From Octopus sinensis (Eukaryota), in assembly GCF_006345805.1 (NCBI RefSeq), contig NC_043008.1, positions 10,292,001 to 10,356,000 of the forward strand: DNA of 64,000 nt, read 5' to 3'. The notes under the pieces are model-generated. The model made no database searches. It was not told the DNA's origin and saw only the letters and a program-made list of their open reading frames with translations. The translations under genes were made by a program, and so were the position numbers. Shown piece by piece: positions 24,176-36,891 of this stretch. Position 1 is the stretch's first letter, and every line of letters starts with the position of its first letter.

Positions 24176-24764
24176 TTAATGAGCCAACGAGAGCACCTTT
24201 ATGTGGTTGCTCAACCTGTTAGAGATATCAACTAGATATCCCTCAAATCATACCCTATTGTCTTAAAAATAGAAAGGATACATTAGACAATGTAGTTTTG
24301 GATTACAAAGAGAGGATGGTCATGGTTGGAACATCTTTGCTCATAAGTCTCTTCAATCATTGTTGACCTTGATTAAATGACAACGATGATTGCAGTTATC
24401 TAATTCTGATAGTAGCACCTCCAGTTGAGGAAGGCTTCAAAAGGCTAAGTGTATTACCTCCTCTCAGTAACAATTGATAACAGTAAAAGTCTGACTTATT
24501 TCTGATAACCCAGCCAAGTGGATTGCTGACTCATAAGAGATTTCTCATCTGATTAATTCCACAGACACTGAAAAATGAGTATAGCTCCCCAGGGTGGTTC
24601 TGGTTTGTGTTGTGCTTAGGATTTGAACTCAGTAGCATTCAAGAGTAAAATATCATAATTAGATTGAACATAAACGTTTGTCTTCTTTAATATGGTTGTG
24701 CCTATGTAAATGTTTGTGTGTGTAAAAACAATTAATAATAATATTCCATTATTGATGTTTTCAG

Positions 24765-24941
24765 AGTTGACCATTGGAATAATGAATTGGAAAAACTGGT
24801 GATCCTTACCGATGATTCTCTGCTGATTTTCAAGTACAACTTCATCACTCAGAAAGTACTCTTGTACAAAAGGATTTTTCTACATTGTATCGACACAGTG
24901 AAAATGGGAGATTTTGTTTATCCAAATTTCTCTGTGATGCC
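24765..24941 (+). CDS. TPRG1L: TPRG1-like coding exon (hSac2 core)
   Basis: Acceptor ttttcag|A and donor CC|gtaagt; 177 nt, phase 2/2, encoding (E)VDHWNNELEKLVILTDDSLLIFKYNFITQKVLLYKRIFLHCIDTVKMGDFVYPNFSVM(P). Recognisably similar to human TPRG1/TPRG1L [27 protein letters not shown]. Confidence 0.95.
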
Positions 24942-25721
24942 GTAAGTATCTAAGAGATGTTTTTTCTTGTTTTATGACTTAAGTTTGAGAGGAAGAGCTG
25001 TGTCCATAACCTTTTCGCAGCTCACCCCTTCGAGACTAGTTAGGGAAAGGAAGAAAACCCTCTTCAATATTCATAAAACAGGGGACTTGGTCCAAATACG
25101 TGTAACAGAAGAGGATTTTTATGGGCCCAGGAGATGGGTTAAGTTGACTTTCTAAAAATAAAGGACAGTGTTGACTTGGGGTCAAACAACAACATTAACA
25201 GCAACAACAGTCAGACTTGTAGATAATTGCTAGTTTAATGAATCACCGTGACACGAAAAAATGCTTATATTACATTTTATGTTTTTATGTAGATTTTATT
25301 GGAAAATGGCACCAACAATGCCTAGTTATGAGATTTAATTACAACTGAGAAAGAAAGCAGGTTCAAGCAGTTTTCTGTTTAAATTTCCAATTATTCATTG
25401 TTTCATTTATAAAATTGTTGTTGCTGGTGTTGTTTAATGTGAGGTCAATTCTGATTGAACAGATCTATTACAGATGTCACCAGGATCTTAGCTGTAACTA
25501 CTACCTCTTCCTTTTATAGTTATCATAATGCTATGTTATCTAATTTGTTCTTTCCTTACTAGTCGTATGTGAGTTGATAGAGATTTGACTGCTATTTCTA
25601 TTGTAGAGAGTCCATCATTAGGGTAAGATGTTATAAATGCAATTTACTCCTTCATTATTAAGTTTACAGATTGAGCTGATATTGGCTAGGTAGCAATCTC
25701 CAACTTGCAGGCCATGTTACA

Positions 25722-25762
25722 CCAGCCTGATGACGAGCAAAGAGTCAGAAACTAGTCTCTGG
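25722..25762 (+). ncRNA. Minimal type I hammerhead motif
   Basis: CCAG-C-CTGATGA-CGAGCAAAGAGTCA-GAAAC-TA-GTC-T-CTGG; palindromic ACTAGT stem III and GUC site; stem II poorly paired. Confidence 0.5.
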
Positions 25763-26002
25763 ATGCAGGCTTAGCTGGGTGGAGGTGCTTATCTCCCCCT
25801 TGTAAACATAAGGACACAATAAATGTGTCAAGGCCGACAGCAAGCGTTGCTGCTTCCTAGGGCTAAATAGCAGTAGTGTGATTCCCTTCATGGGACTGTC
25901 ACATTAAGTTGACAGTATACAACTACTCTATCATACCACTACTGCATATATCTCTCCGAGATATTTAGAAATGTAATATTGATATATATATATATATATA
26001 TA

Positions 26003-26134
26003 CTTTATTTAAAAGCAGCAGAAAATTCAACAAAACCTGTTACTCTGAGAATCTAGCAAAAACTGTCTGACGAACGAGAACATGAAACTCAGAGTAACAG
26101 GTTTTGTTGAATTTTCTGCTGCTTTTAAATAAAG
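26003..26134. repeat. Inverted repeat with 47-bp perfect arms (PLE terminus-like)
   Basis: 26003-26049 is the exact reverse complement of 26088-26134; adjacent to a (TA)n tract. Confidence 0.85.
26058..26105 (+). ncRNA. Minimal type I hammerhead motif
   Basis: AAAA.A.CTGT-CTGACGA-ACG[AGAA]CAT-GAAA-CTC.A.GAG-TA-ACAG.G.TTTT; core intact, one stem II mismatch consistent with CpG decay. Confidence 0.65.
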
Positions 26135-26219
26135 CATATTACTCTACCCCTGGTATTTGAGTACTCTTTTTCTCACCTTGTTTCACATTTATGTGTTTAC
26201 TCCGGTATATATATATATC

Positions 26220-26284
26220 GAGAGAGAGAGAGAGAGAGAGAGGGAGAGGAGAGAGAGAGAGAGGAGAGAGAGAGGGAGGGAGGG

Positions 26285-26315
<31 letters not shown>

Positions 26316-26358
26316 GAGAGAGAGAGAGGGAGGGAGGGAGGGAGGGAGGGAGGGAGAT
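26220..26358. repeat. (GA)n/(GGGA)n microsatellite
   Basis: Direct reading. Confidence 0.95.
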
Positions 26359-26605
26359 AGTGAAGTGACACTGAGGTTTGTTTCGTAATCATAAGGTGGT
26401 GGGTTTCATGTCAATATTACACCTTTGACGATCTTCTGATGGCTGCTTGTCACACCTGCTGATTCTACCTGAACATTATTTGAAGGATACAAAGTGTATC
26501 CTGGAATACTCCATCACTGATACTTCATATAACAGTTCAATGATTAGATATTTGATTGATCATTCGTAAATCAATATCAACATGAAAGTCCATCAATTAC
26601 AACAC

Positions 26606-26640
<35 letters not shown>

Positions 26641-28545
26641 CACTCACTCACACACATACACACACACACACACATCGATGTTTATTTTTATGTCAAGTTA
26701 TAAAAAAATTTGCACTGAAGAGAAGAATTGTACTTTTTGTAGAGTACATTATACTTTTACAAGATGAGTGTTGGCAGTGACTTCGAAGTCTTGGCCTCCT
26801 AGCATGCAGATAACTTCGAAGTCACTGCCACCCGTCTTCTTATAAAGTATTATAAATATATATATATGTGTGTGTGAGGGGGGAAGTCTATTATTTTGTT
26901 GCATGCCTGTGTGTGAATTGAGTAAGTGCTTCCTTATTCATAATGTTTTATGTCATATAAAAGCATAGAAACGAAACTGTATACACATTGCCTTCGATTA
27001 CATTATATCCAGACATGAAATATGTTATGTATATATATGAGAGACAAAAACTTGATGATGAGGATGATGACAACTATGATTACGATGATGATGATAATAA
27101 TAATAATAATAATAATAATAAAATGATTTCATTTATTTGCCACAAGGACGAAGGATGAGGCGAGGGGGGGACTTTTATAGGTATATTAGAGAAGGAAATG
27201 GCTATTCTCAGCTGGTAGATGTTTTATCTATATCCTTGTGCTAGCTTTTCAATTAATAATTCACACAAGTTCTTCAACAGGAACCGATACTACCATAAAC
27301 CCGATATCCGTCATTGTGCAGTTTCCTGGTCAAGTTTGAAATTACTCAGTCAGGTTGTGATGCTGATACGATGCCACGATATCCTTCAATGTTGTTAACT
27401 CTCTCTCTCTCTCTCTCTCTCCTTCCCCATGTCTGTCTGTCTGTCTCTGGTGTTTGTTTGTTTGTTTGTTTAGTTAGTCAAGACACTCTACTTCATCTAT
27501 TATTTATTCCTTCTGACTGAGCAACAATTGCTGGAAAATAAAGCAGCTAATTCCCCATGCCTAATAGTTTCTTTACAGAACGAGGAGTAAAAAAGCTGTT
27601 GTTGATATTGTTTAGCCCCCCCAGAGCAACCAACACCAAGAAAACCTTCATGGCTTTTTTTTTTGTAATCTATGCTGCAGAACCAGGTTGCATTATAAAG
27701 GTGTGTGTATGTGTATGTTGTGTGTGTGTGTGTGTGATCTGTAGAAGGACAAGCCACAGTTGTGAATAATTAATGATGGTGATGAGGATAATAATTCTGT
27801 CTAATTTTGGGACAAGGCCAGCAATTTTGAGCGGGGAGGGTGCAAGTTGATTACATTGATCTCAGTGCCCAACTGGTATTTATTTTATCGGTTCCAGAAG
27901 GGTGAATGACAAAGTTGATCTTGGCAGGATTTGAACTCTGAATGTAACGAGTCAGAAGAAATGCCAACAAGCATTTTATCTGGCCTGCTAACAATTCTGC
28001 CAGCTTACCACCTTAGTAGCAGCAGCAGCAGCAGTAGTAGTAGTAGTCATTTTAATAATAATAATGATCCTTTCTACTGGAGGCACCAGGCCTGGAAGTT
28101 TGGAGGGAGAGGGGACTAGTTGATTACATTGACCCCAGTATTTCACTAGATTTTGTTAAATGTTTGTCGAATGACAACTCTTAATGGTGTTGCTGCAGTC
28201 AAGGTAACCTCTATAGTGTTGGTGCAATTATAAAACACTCCCAGGACAATTTGTAAAGTGGTCAGTGAATGTATGGAGACTATGATGGGTTTAAGAAACT
28301 CCTTAGCATTGACCAGGACATGACAACATCCTCTAGTTTTGGTGTTGGGATAAAATGCATGAAGGACACCATGTAAAGTGGCTGGCAATAGGAAAGGCTG
28401 TAGAAGATATGCCATATATGGAATTTGAAAGCCAGAAGTAACCTCAACCAACCCTTGTCCAAGGTCAGTAACCGTGAATAACTCTGACTCATACCATGAC
28501 AGTCTGCCCAATCCATGCTAGCATCAAAAGCAGACATAAAACCTA

Positions 28546-28776
28546 TTTCTTTACTACCCACAAGGGGCTAAACACAGTGAGGACAAACAAGGACAGACAA
28601 ACGGATTAAGTTGATTACATTGACCTCAGTGCGTAACTGGTACTTTATTTATCGACCCCGAAAGGATGAAAGGCAAAGTTGACCTTGGCGGAATTTGAAC
28701 TCAGAACGTAGCGGCAGACGAAATACGGCTACGCATTTCGCTTAGCGTGCTAATGTTTCTGCCAGCTCACCACCTT
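28546..28776 (-). mobile_element. SINE family C, full length
   Basis: Near-identical to 4524-4755. Confidence 0.9.
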
Positions 28777-29242
28777 GTAAAAGTGGCTAACGATGATGGT
28801 GATGTCTTATAAGACTAGGATCTGTCCTTGGAAAGTCTCCCAGCCCAAAGTGAAGCAACACTGGGAGTGCCCTCAGCAGAGTGCAGCCTGTGCTAGAGTG
28901 CATGGAAAAACAACAGTTGCCCATGTAGCTGTTTTCTGCCCTCCATGGTGCTCATAATGTAAGCTATAGAATGTTATGAACATAACCATGTTGATCTTGA
29001 TGTTTCAGTACCTCACACCTGTTCCAGCCTGGTGCAGCAGTCTCACACTTCTTCAAAGCCTAACAAAAATACCCGGTTAAATGAGAACATAATTATCAAT
29101 TATATTGCTTTCTCCCAGTCTAAAAACTCTCAAGTCTTTCCACTGTCCTTGTTATACTAGTTATAATAGCACTTCTCCACGAAGCTCTTGAGGGGTCTAA
29201 TCAAAATAATTTTGGTGTCTAGCAACAATAAAGGAGAAATAG

Positions 29243-29283
<41 letters not shown>

Positions 29284-29948
29284 AAGTATGTTATGCTTAG
29301 TTTGTTTATTTATGTTGGTTTGCAAGTGCAAAACAAGTGCTTTCACCTACATTTGCTACAAGGTTTACCTGGGTGACCTTATCAGGGATGAGTACTGAGT
29401 GCTTCAGTTTAAACAGTGCTAATAAGTAACCATGTAGAAATAAAGGAGACGAAGACGGAACGTATATCTGGAGGTCATCAAAATTGATATTAATTACTGG
29501 GATAATTAAAGGGCTGGATTTGCTGTAGTGAGAGTAGAATTGATAACAAGCATTAATTATAATTTTAGTTTTACCACTATTGTCATTGTCATCGTTAAGT
29601 TTCTCATCTTTTTTGTAGTCTGTCTGTGGTATGGGTTGGACAGATTTTTAAATTTACAGTATTTCATTCCTCAAAAGTGCATAGATATTACAGTGTGTAT
29701 GCTATTGTTATTTAAGCACAGAGTCAAAGGTCAAGCCAGATTGAAGAGAACTGCGGTCAAAAATATTCCGCCCATGATCATCCCATCTTTTTGTGTATCT
29801 GCGACTACATTTGAGCCCGATATGGCCAATTTAAATGTGAAAGAGTTAACAGTGCACAGTGTGTGGAATACTCAGGCACTTATGCACTAGTTCAATGAAA
29901 TACAATATTTCAGTTGATCAAACAACTGAATATTCTTTGTGAACATCA

Positions 29949-30364
29949 GCAGGAGTGGCTGTGTGGTAAGTAGCTTGCTAACCAACCACATGGTTCCGGG
30001 TTCAGTCCCACTGCGTGGCATCTTGGGCAAGTGTCTTCTGCTATAGCCCCGGGCCGACCAATGCCTTGTGAGTGGATTTGGTAGACGGAAACTGAAAGAA
30101 GCCTGTCGTATATATGAATATATATATATATATATATATATGTATATGTGTGTCTGTGTTTGTCCCCCTAGCATTGCTTGACAACCGATGCTGGTGTGTT
30201 TACGTCCCCGTCACTTAGCGGTTCGGCAAAAGAGACCGATAGAATAAGCACTGGGCTTACAAAGAATAAGTCCCGGGATCGATTTGCTCGACTAAAGGCG
30301 GTGCTCCAGCATGGCCGCAGTCAAAATGACTGAAACAAGTAAAAGAGTAAAAGAGTAAAAGAGA
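29949..30364 (+). mobile_element. SINE family A, full length
   Basis: Head to (AAAGAGT)n tail. Confidence 0.9.
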
Positions 30365-31886
30365 GATGCATTTTACTGTTTTTACCGTTTTGAAAAGGGA
30401 AGGACACATTAGATGATGTAATCTTAGATAAACAATGCTTGACTGATGGATGGAATGGTCATCACTGGAATGCCTTTGATCGTATGTCTGTTCAGTCAAA
30501 GCTGAGCTTAGGCTCAACAACAACAACAACAATTCTGTAAACAGTGCAAATTAAAGTTTCATAATATTTGGTCATCCCTGTTTATCAGCTGAGAGAATCC
30601 GATGACATGGAAGCAATTAATGAAAGCAATTGATTGATGTTCCTAGCAGTGGTCGTTCCATTTTCATAAGTTGACCATATTGATATTATGGACTTCTGAC
30701 TCACCAATTGTTTGAGTACATGTTTCATTGTTTATTTGAACTGTACACTTAATTGCATATGTCTGGCTTCCCTTAAATGTCAGGAGTAGTTATCAGATCT
30801 GTGAATGTTGATCCTCTCCAGGGGGAGATTTTCCCCTCATCCAGTAAATGCCATGAAACTGGAGTTACAGTGTATAGATTAAAAGTCCCTTGATGGGGCT
30901 TAGGAAACAGCCAGTCATTTATCTTTATTGTAAGGTATGTTATAAGATTAAGTATCTGAAACATGTGGTATCCATTTTGAAGATGCTAGGATATTTGTGG
31001 CCGGAGAAACAAGAATCCAGTGAAATGATTATGTGGACACTCACATATTGACTTGAATTTAATATAATAATATTATATAAAGTGTTGACATCCTTTATTG
31101 TCATCGATATTATGGTGATACTCATAATCAATATCTGTGGCTGGAACGCTGATGTCAATCAAATTCAATAATTGTCTGCGTTGACCATGAACAGAGCATC
31201 CAGTGAAGTCGTTACAGTGGTGGTTTAGTTTTGTGCCATATTTATTTATATGAATATATGTGGTATGTAGAAGTGGTGAGGGAGCATCTGTGAGAAATGA
31301 ACATTTATTTTTTAACCTGTTTCACACACAATCTCAAAATTGAACTGATTACCGAATGCAAGAAATGCTAAATTGCTATTGAATAAAAAATAACACATCC
31401 ACCTTCCCTTCGAGGAGAAGTAATGCAATTTATCTATGTTTGGTGCAACAAATGATAGGAAAAAAATATAGATAATGTAGGATTGGCTTTTTATGGTTAT
31501 TGATTGCATGAAGATAATCAAATGTTTAATATACACTTAGTCTAAATCAATATGATTAATATTAATACCAAATATTGTGAAGCTGGATACTAATTATTCC
31601 CTGAAGGGTTCTCCTACATAGCAACATAATTTACTGTGAATGTACTTTGGGTGTTTGCACTGGAGAAAGAAAGACTAGCTTAGAGAGATGTCGGTAAACA
31701 TCACTAACGGTCCCTTGAGTGCCGTTAGTAGAGTTCATTCTGTTGCAAGGATTCAGATCAGGTGTGTAGTCTGAAGGTAATTTATTCCTTTCCTCCAGTT
31801 GTCATAAAGGCCCTGGAAAAGGCCAGAAGTATTTCTCTGCCTGCTCTGACTATTGTCATTGTCATGTATCATACACTTTACAGTGC

Positions 31887-32284
31887 AAGGCGGCAAGCTG
31901 GCAGAAACGTTAGTGTGCCGGGTGAAATGCTTAGCGGTATTTCGTCTGTTGTTACGTTCTGAGTTCAAGTTCCGCTGAGGTCGACTTTGCCTTTCATCCT
32001 TTCGGGGTCGATAAATTAAGCACCAGTTACGCACTGGGGTCGATGTAATCGACTTAATCCGTTTGTATGTCCTTGTTTGTCCCCTCTATGTTTAGCCCCT
32101 TGTGGGTAGTAAAAAAAAAAAAAAATAAGTATTTCGTCTGTCGTTACGTTCTGAGTTCAAATTCTGCTGAGGTCGACTTTGCTTTCATCCTTTCGGGGTC
32201 GATAAATAAAGTACCAGTTTCGCACTGGGGTCGATGTAATCGATTTAATCCGTTTGTCTGTCCTTGCTTGTCCCCTCTATGTCT
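31887..32284 (+). mobile_element. SINE family C full copy plus tandem partial copy
   Basis: The first copy (31887-32111) ends in an A-run; the second resumes at GTATTTCGTCTG (~32128). Confidence 0.88.
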
Positions 32285-32299
32285 CATTGTTCTTGACAC

Positions 32300-32846
32300 A
32301 GTCGAGATTTTGTGCAACTGAAACCTGAGAGTCTTTTTGGTCAGCTAAAAGCAGTTTTGGCAGACACGCGTTTCATACCCAAATCTTTAATGATGATGGA
32401 CTGAACTGAACCGTAACTAATCTGCACAACCTCTGATTACTCATGGGTGGTGATTCAATGATTTCCCTCTCAATTCTGATGGTTGCAGGCTTCCCCGAAT
32501 GTTTGTCACTATCGACATTTTTTCAGCCATCTTGAAAATATCTGAACCATTCGTACACTTGTTTGTGGCTCATACACTCCTCTCCATACACTTTCTGCAA
32601 CTTTGTGTTGGCCTCTGAGCAGGTGTTGCCATGACGACTGTCTCTGTCATGGTCAATGCGATGATCACACGTTACATACATTACTTCGAAGCACTGCTGT
32701 AAACAGCGGAAGCGAACTAGAATGTTAAAACTTTGTGCACAAGCATAGCAGACATCAATGTCAATCTGTGCCAAGTGACTTCACTCTGTGTGCGTCAGCT
32801 TCGTTACCATGGCAACAATCCGGATACTTATTGATCAGACCTCGTA
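32300..32846 (-). mobile_element. Mariner transposon 5' fragment
   Basis: TA plus TIR CGAGGTCTGATCAATAAGTATCCGGA on the minus strand; EANTKLQKVYGEECMSHKQVYEWFRYFQDG and DLGMKRVSA...LTADQKD transposase motifs. Confidence 0.88.
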
Positions 32847-33968
32847 CAGTAATTGTATATGAATTTCTTTCATTATTACAGGAAAATAAGAATTTACAGA
32901 GAACAAATAGTTAAGCCTCTGTTTATCATTAGGTGCTCTCTGTCTCTACTATTTGTGTTGAGTTCAAATCCCATAAAACTTGACTATCCTTTATCCTTTC
33001 AAACTGTTGTTTAAACTCATGGTCAGTACTGCTTGAGCAGAACTATGAGGAAAAGTAGTTCAGCCGAAACCATTATATATGTAATACTATATTAGTCAGT
33101 GTAGTTCTAAACATCTTTTTGAAGAAGGTAGGGAGTGATTTAAGGGAAGTTTGTTTACTACTGATAGGTTGAAGATCCATACCAAGGCTTTTTGTAATTA
33201 AAATGATATTAATTGATAACAGGGAAGAATAAATCAGAAAGGCATATAACAGATATTGATGGAAAAGTTGTGTGTTCACCTCTTCAGCAAGACACTTGCT
33301 CTTGTCCTTCTGTCATACTTTCATAGTCTTCAATACTTAATCTCACTTAGTTGAGGTAGGCCTTGTCTTGCTGGTACTTGGTAACCTCTCTGGTGCTGGT
33401 GCCACACAGAAAAGCACTTAGTACGCTCGGTAAAGTGGTTGGCATTAGGAAGGGCATTCAGCTGTAGAAACAACACCAAAGCAGACATTGGAGTTCAGTG
33501 CTGCCCTCTGGTTTGTCAGTTCATGTTGTACCATCCTATCCATTCCAGCATCGGAAAAGGAATGTTAATGCTGATGGTGATGGTGATGATGATGAGATAG
33601 CAAGTGCTCAGATTGTACCAGGTATATAAAATTCAATGTTAAACAAAATGAGACGGAATCCAAGCAAACATAAGTTGATGATAGGCAGTGTACTGGTTGA
33701 ACTAATGTAAGTACACTAAACAAAGAGATGGACAGGTAGTTGTTAATGACATCGAAGCATTTATAAAACAGTATAAATATATGTTTATGTATTTGTTTTT
33801 CTAGATTCTTGATGTGAAAACGTGTGTTGAAACAAATATTGTTATACTCTTGTCCTGCCTATTCCATTTTGTCTTTTTGTGGTATGTATCTCTACCTGTG
33901 CATGCGTTTATGTTTGTATTCGTGTACAGAGACACAAGTAGGATAAGAGGAGACACATGGGTCAGAAA

Positions 33969-34011
33969 GTCACTGAAGAGGTCACAGAGTGTGTGATGAA
34001 AGAATTTTGAC
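33969..34011 (+). ncRNA. Degenerate minimal hammerhead motif
   Basis: GTCA-CTGAAGA-G-GTCAC[AGAGTGT]GTGAT-GAAA-G-AA-TT-T-TGAC; stems I and II pair, stem III weak; followed by AATAAA. Confidence 0.4.
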
Positions 34012-35614
34012 AGATGAATAAACTAAAAATAATAATAATAATAAAACTAAAGTGAAGATCAAATAGATAGTGTGTGTGTTGAATTGACAAAAGATAAGCA
34101 GAAAAACAGGAAAATGAGAGTTTATAGTTGTTCTTCATTGATAGATATTCTGAAAATTCATGTTCTATTACAAATGAAAGAAAGAAAGAATGAAAGATCA
34201 GAGGGTCGCTTCACAGTAGTTCTTCAAATTTATGTAGGTAGATATCTGGAGAGTTCATATTCAAACCTCTCACTGCAAAATTATTTTTGGTTGACTGCCC
34301 CACTCCCATTTTTTTTGTTTTGTCTGAAACTACCATTACCAAGTGTCTTCTTTCACCTCTGAACATAGTGGGGGTTTAATTTGGGGGGAGATTTAGCAGC
34401 TATTGTTAGCAGATCAAACAACCACATAGAAAGTTTTTGTTGACTTTTTGTTAGACATTAGTAGTAAGTATTGGTGGATAATCTAGCACCAACTAACCAA
34501 CCAACCAATTAACTGATCCAATACTTAGTTATAGATAAGTAGACAAAAGGAAATGATGTTTACCTATCTAGGTGTTGATAGGTAAATTACAAGAGCAGTA
34601 TTTCACTTAATTTACACTTCTTCATTGTGTGTTACTTGTGTTTCTGATTTATGCTCTTTATAACCGACTGGATTTTCTAATTTTTCTTGTAAATACTTTC
34701 TGTGATATCTTTAACTAACAGTTGTCATATTCAGTAATATATCTCCTTTGTCATTGGCAGTGGTAGCAGTATTTTTATGTTTGCTTTTCTGTGCTGGCAT
34801 GGGTTGGATAGGACTTTTTGAATCAGTATTTTACAACCGGATATTCTTCTTAGTGCCAAACCTTTTCATTGTCTCTTATTACATGCAGGGATACAGCCTA
34901 CCGTTTCTCAAAATCAGGATAGGTGCAGGGCATGGCTGTCATTAAGAAGTTCACTTTATAACCTCGTGGTTTTGGGTTTAATTGTACTGTGTGGCACATT
35001 GGGTAAATGTCTTCTACTATAACCCCAGGTTGACGAAAACCTTTCAAGTGAATTTGATAAACAGAGATTGAAAGAAGCCTGTTAATGAATGTAGGTGTGA
35101 GGCCAAGTAAGAGTTGGAGTGAAAGTAAATATTCAAGACAACAGAGTTAAGAGAGTGAATGTGATATGGAGATGAAAGAAGAGAAGGAACGATATGAAAT
35201 AACAAAGCTTGTGATGACACTGTATCTTTAGTTATCTCACTCTCTCAGTCTCTTCTAATTTATTTTATCAGGTGAAAAATTTGTGTGCAATTAGTCAACT
35301 AAATTTTTCAAAATATAAGAGTCAGCCCTAATATACTAATAATATATCTGGACATTGTAAAGAGATGCTGCAAAAATTTCTTTGGCGCATTTGTGGCCTC
35401 TGCTTACCATTCACTGGTAGGCCAAAATGCTGTTGACTGTTGTCATATAACAGTGTCATTGCTCTCTCTCTCTCTTGATATTTTTGTCAATCTCTTAAGT
35501 GGAAAATTCTTAATGTTTGCTTTAGAAATGGAAGTGAATTAAAATCCCTCTAAGATATTGGATGGGAGGAACATTGCGGCCACAGCTGCAATTCTGAAGT
35601 CTTTCTTTAATAAT

Positions 35615-35830
35615 AATAATAATAAAACATTGTGTACAGTGCTCAGGTGCACTACAACTCATCTAAAGTGTATGTATAGTACATAGAGTACTGTACAAAC
35701 GTCAGGAAAAGAACAGTGCATGAGTCATGACATACACATATGTGTATGAGTATGGAAGGGGGACAATCAGTTGAAGTTTCGGCAGATTTCGGAAAGCATG
35801 AGGGCCTTAAAGGATGCAGTGTCATTTTGA
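35615..35830 (-). mobile_element. Diverged CR1-type 3' tail
   Basis: Similar to the reverse complement of 5830-6044, including GTACAGTGCTCAGGTGCAC and (AAT)n. Confidence 0.65.
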
Positions 35831-36891
35831 AGGTGTGATTGAAGTCAAAACAAAGACATTGGAAGAGAAGCAAACACTGTTGCAAAAAGCTGCAAGAACA
35901 TAATTTCTTTTTACACTGGATTTTTGAGACGAGATTTTGTAATAGTTTCATGAAAAATGTCAAGTTTTGCAAAGTGTAGATGTGAATTTATGCGAATCAA
36001 ATGTTTTATTCTTTAACCTTCTGACAGTAATCCCTTCCCTTTCCTCTCTTCCTCAGACCCTTAGTCTTGCATGTTGCTAGGTGATCTCACTTGTGCTGGT
36101 ACCATGAAAAAAAGCACCCAGTACACTCAGTAAAGTGATTGGTGTCAGGAAAGCATCCAACCACAGAAACCATTCCAAAGCAGAAATTGGAGTATGACTC
36201 ACTCTTCCAATTTGTCAGCACTTATTGAACCATCCAACCCATGCCAGCATACAATAGAGATGTTAAATGATTGATTACATAGATTTACAGAAACATAGTG
36301 GTTCTATAACTTGATGTAAGTTTCAGCCAACCCAATTAAAGTTCTTCCCTGGTTTGAATCGTTTTTTTTAACAACTTTTTTTTTGTTGAACAACTTGGTT
36401 AATTATCATTGATAGAACAGCAACTTTTTACTATTCTTGGATAAATATAAGTACCAGTAATAAACCGAACCCAATCTAATCAATTACAACCACTTCTCTA
36501 GCAAATAAATGGTAGCGCTAATTTATATCAAACATTGCCAGATCAGACTGGGCCTGGTGCAGCCTTCTGGCTTCCCAGACCCCAGTTGCACCATCCAACC
36601 CATGCCAGCATGGAAAGCGGACGCTAAACGATGATGATGATGATTAGAAATCATTAACATTATCAGCATTGCCATAGACCTGAATACTATGTCTTGGGAT
36701 TTGCTTGTGTTACATATTACACCAGATGACCAAAACAATGTATATAACATTTTCAGTTGACCAACAGGTTTTTTTTTTCATCTAGTTTCAGCTCACGAGC
36801 TGTGGCCATGCTGGGGCATTCTATAAAAGTGATATTAAAAATTTTAAAAAACTGGATTTTATAGATAAATTCCCTTAAAAGAAATTTTCTA

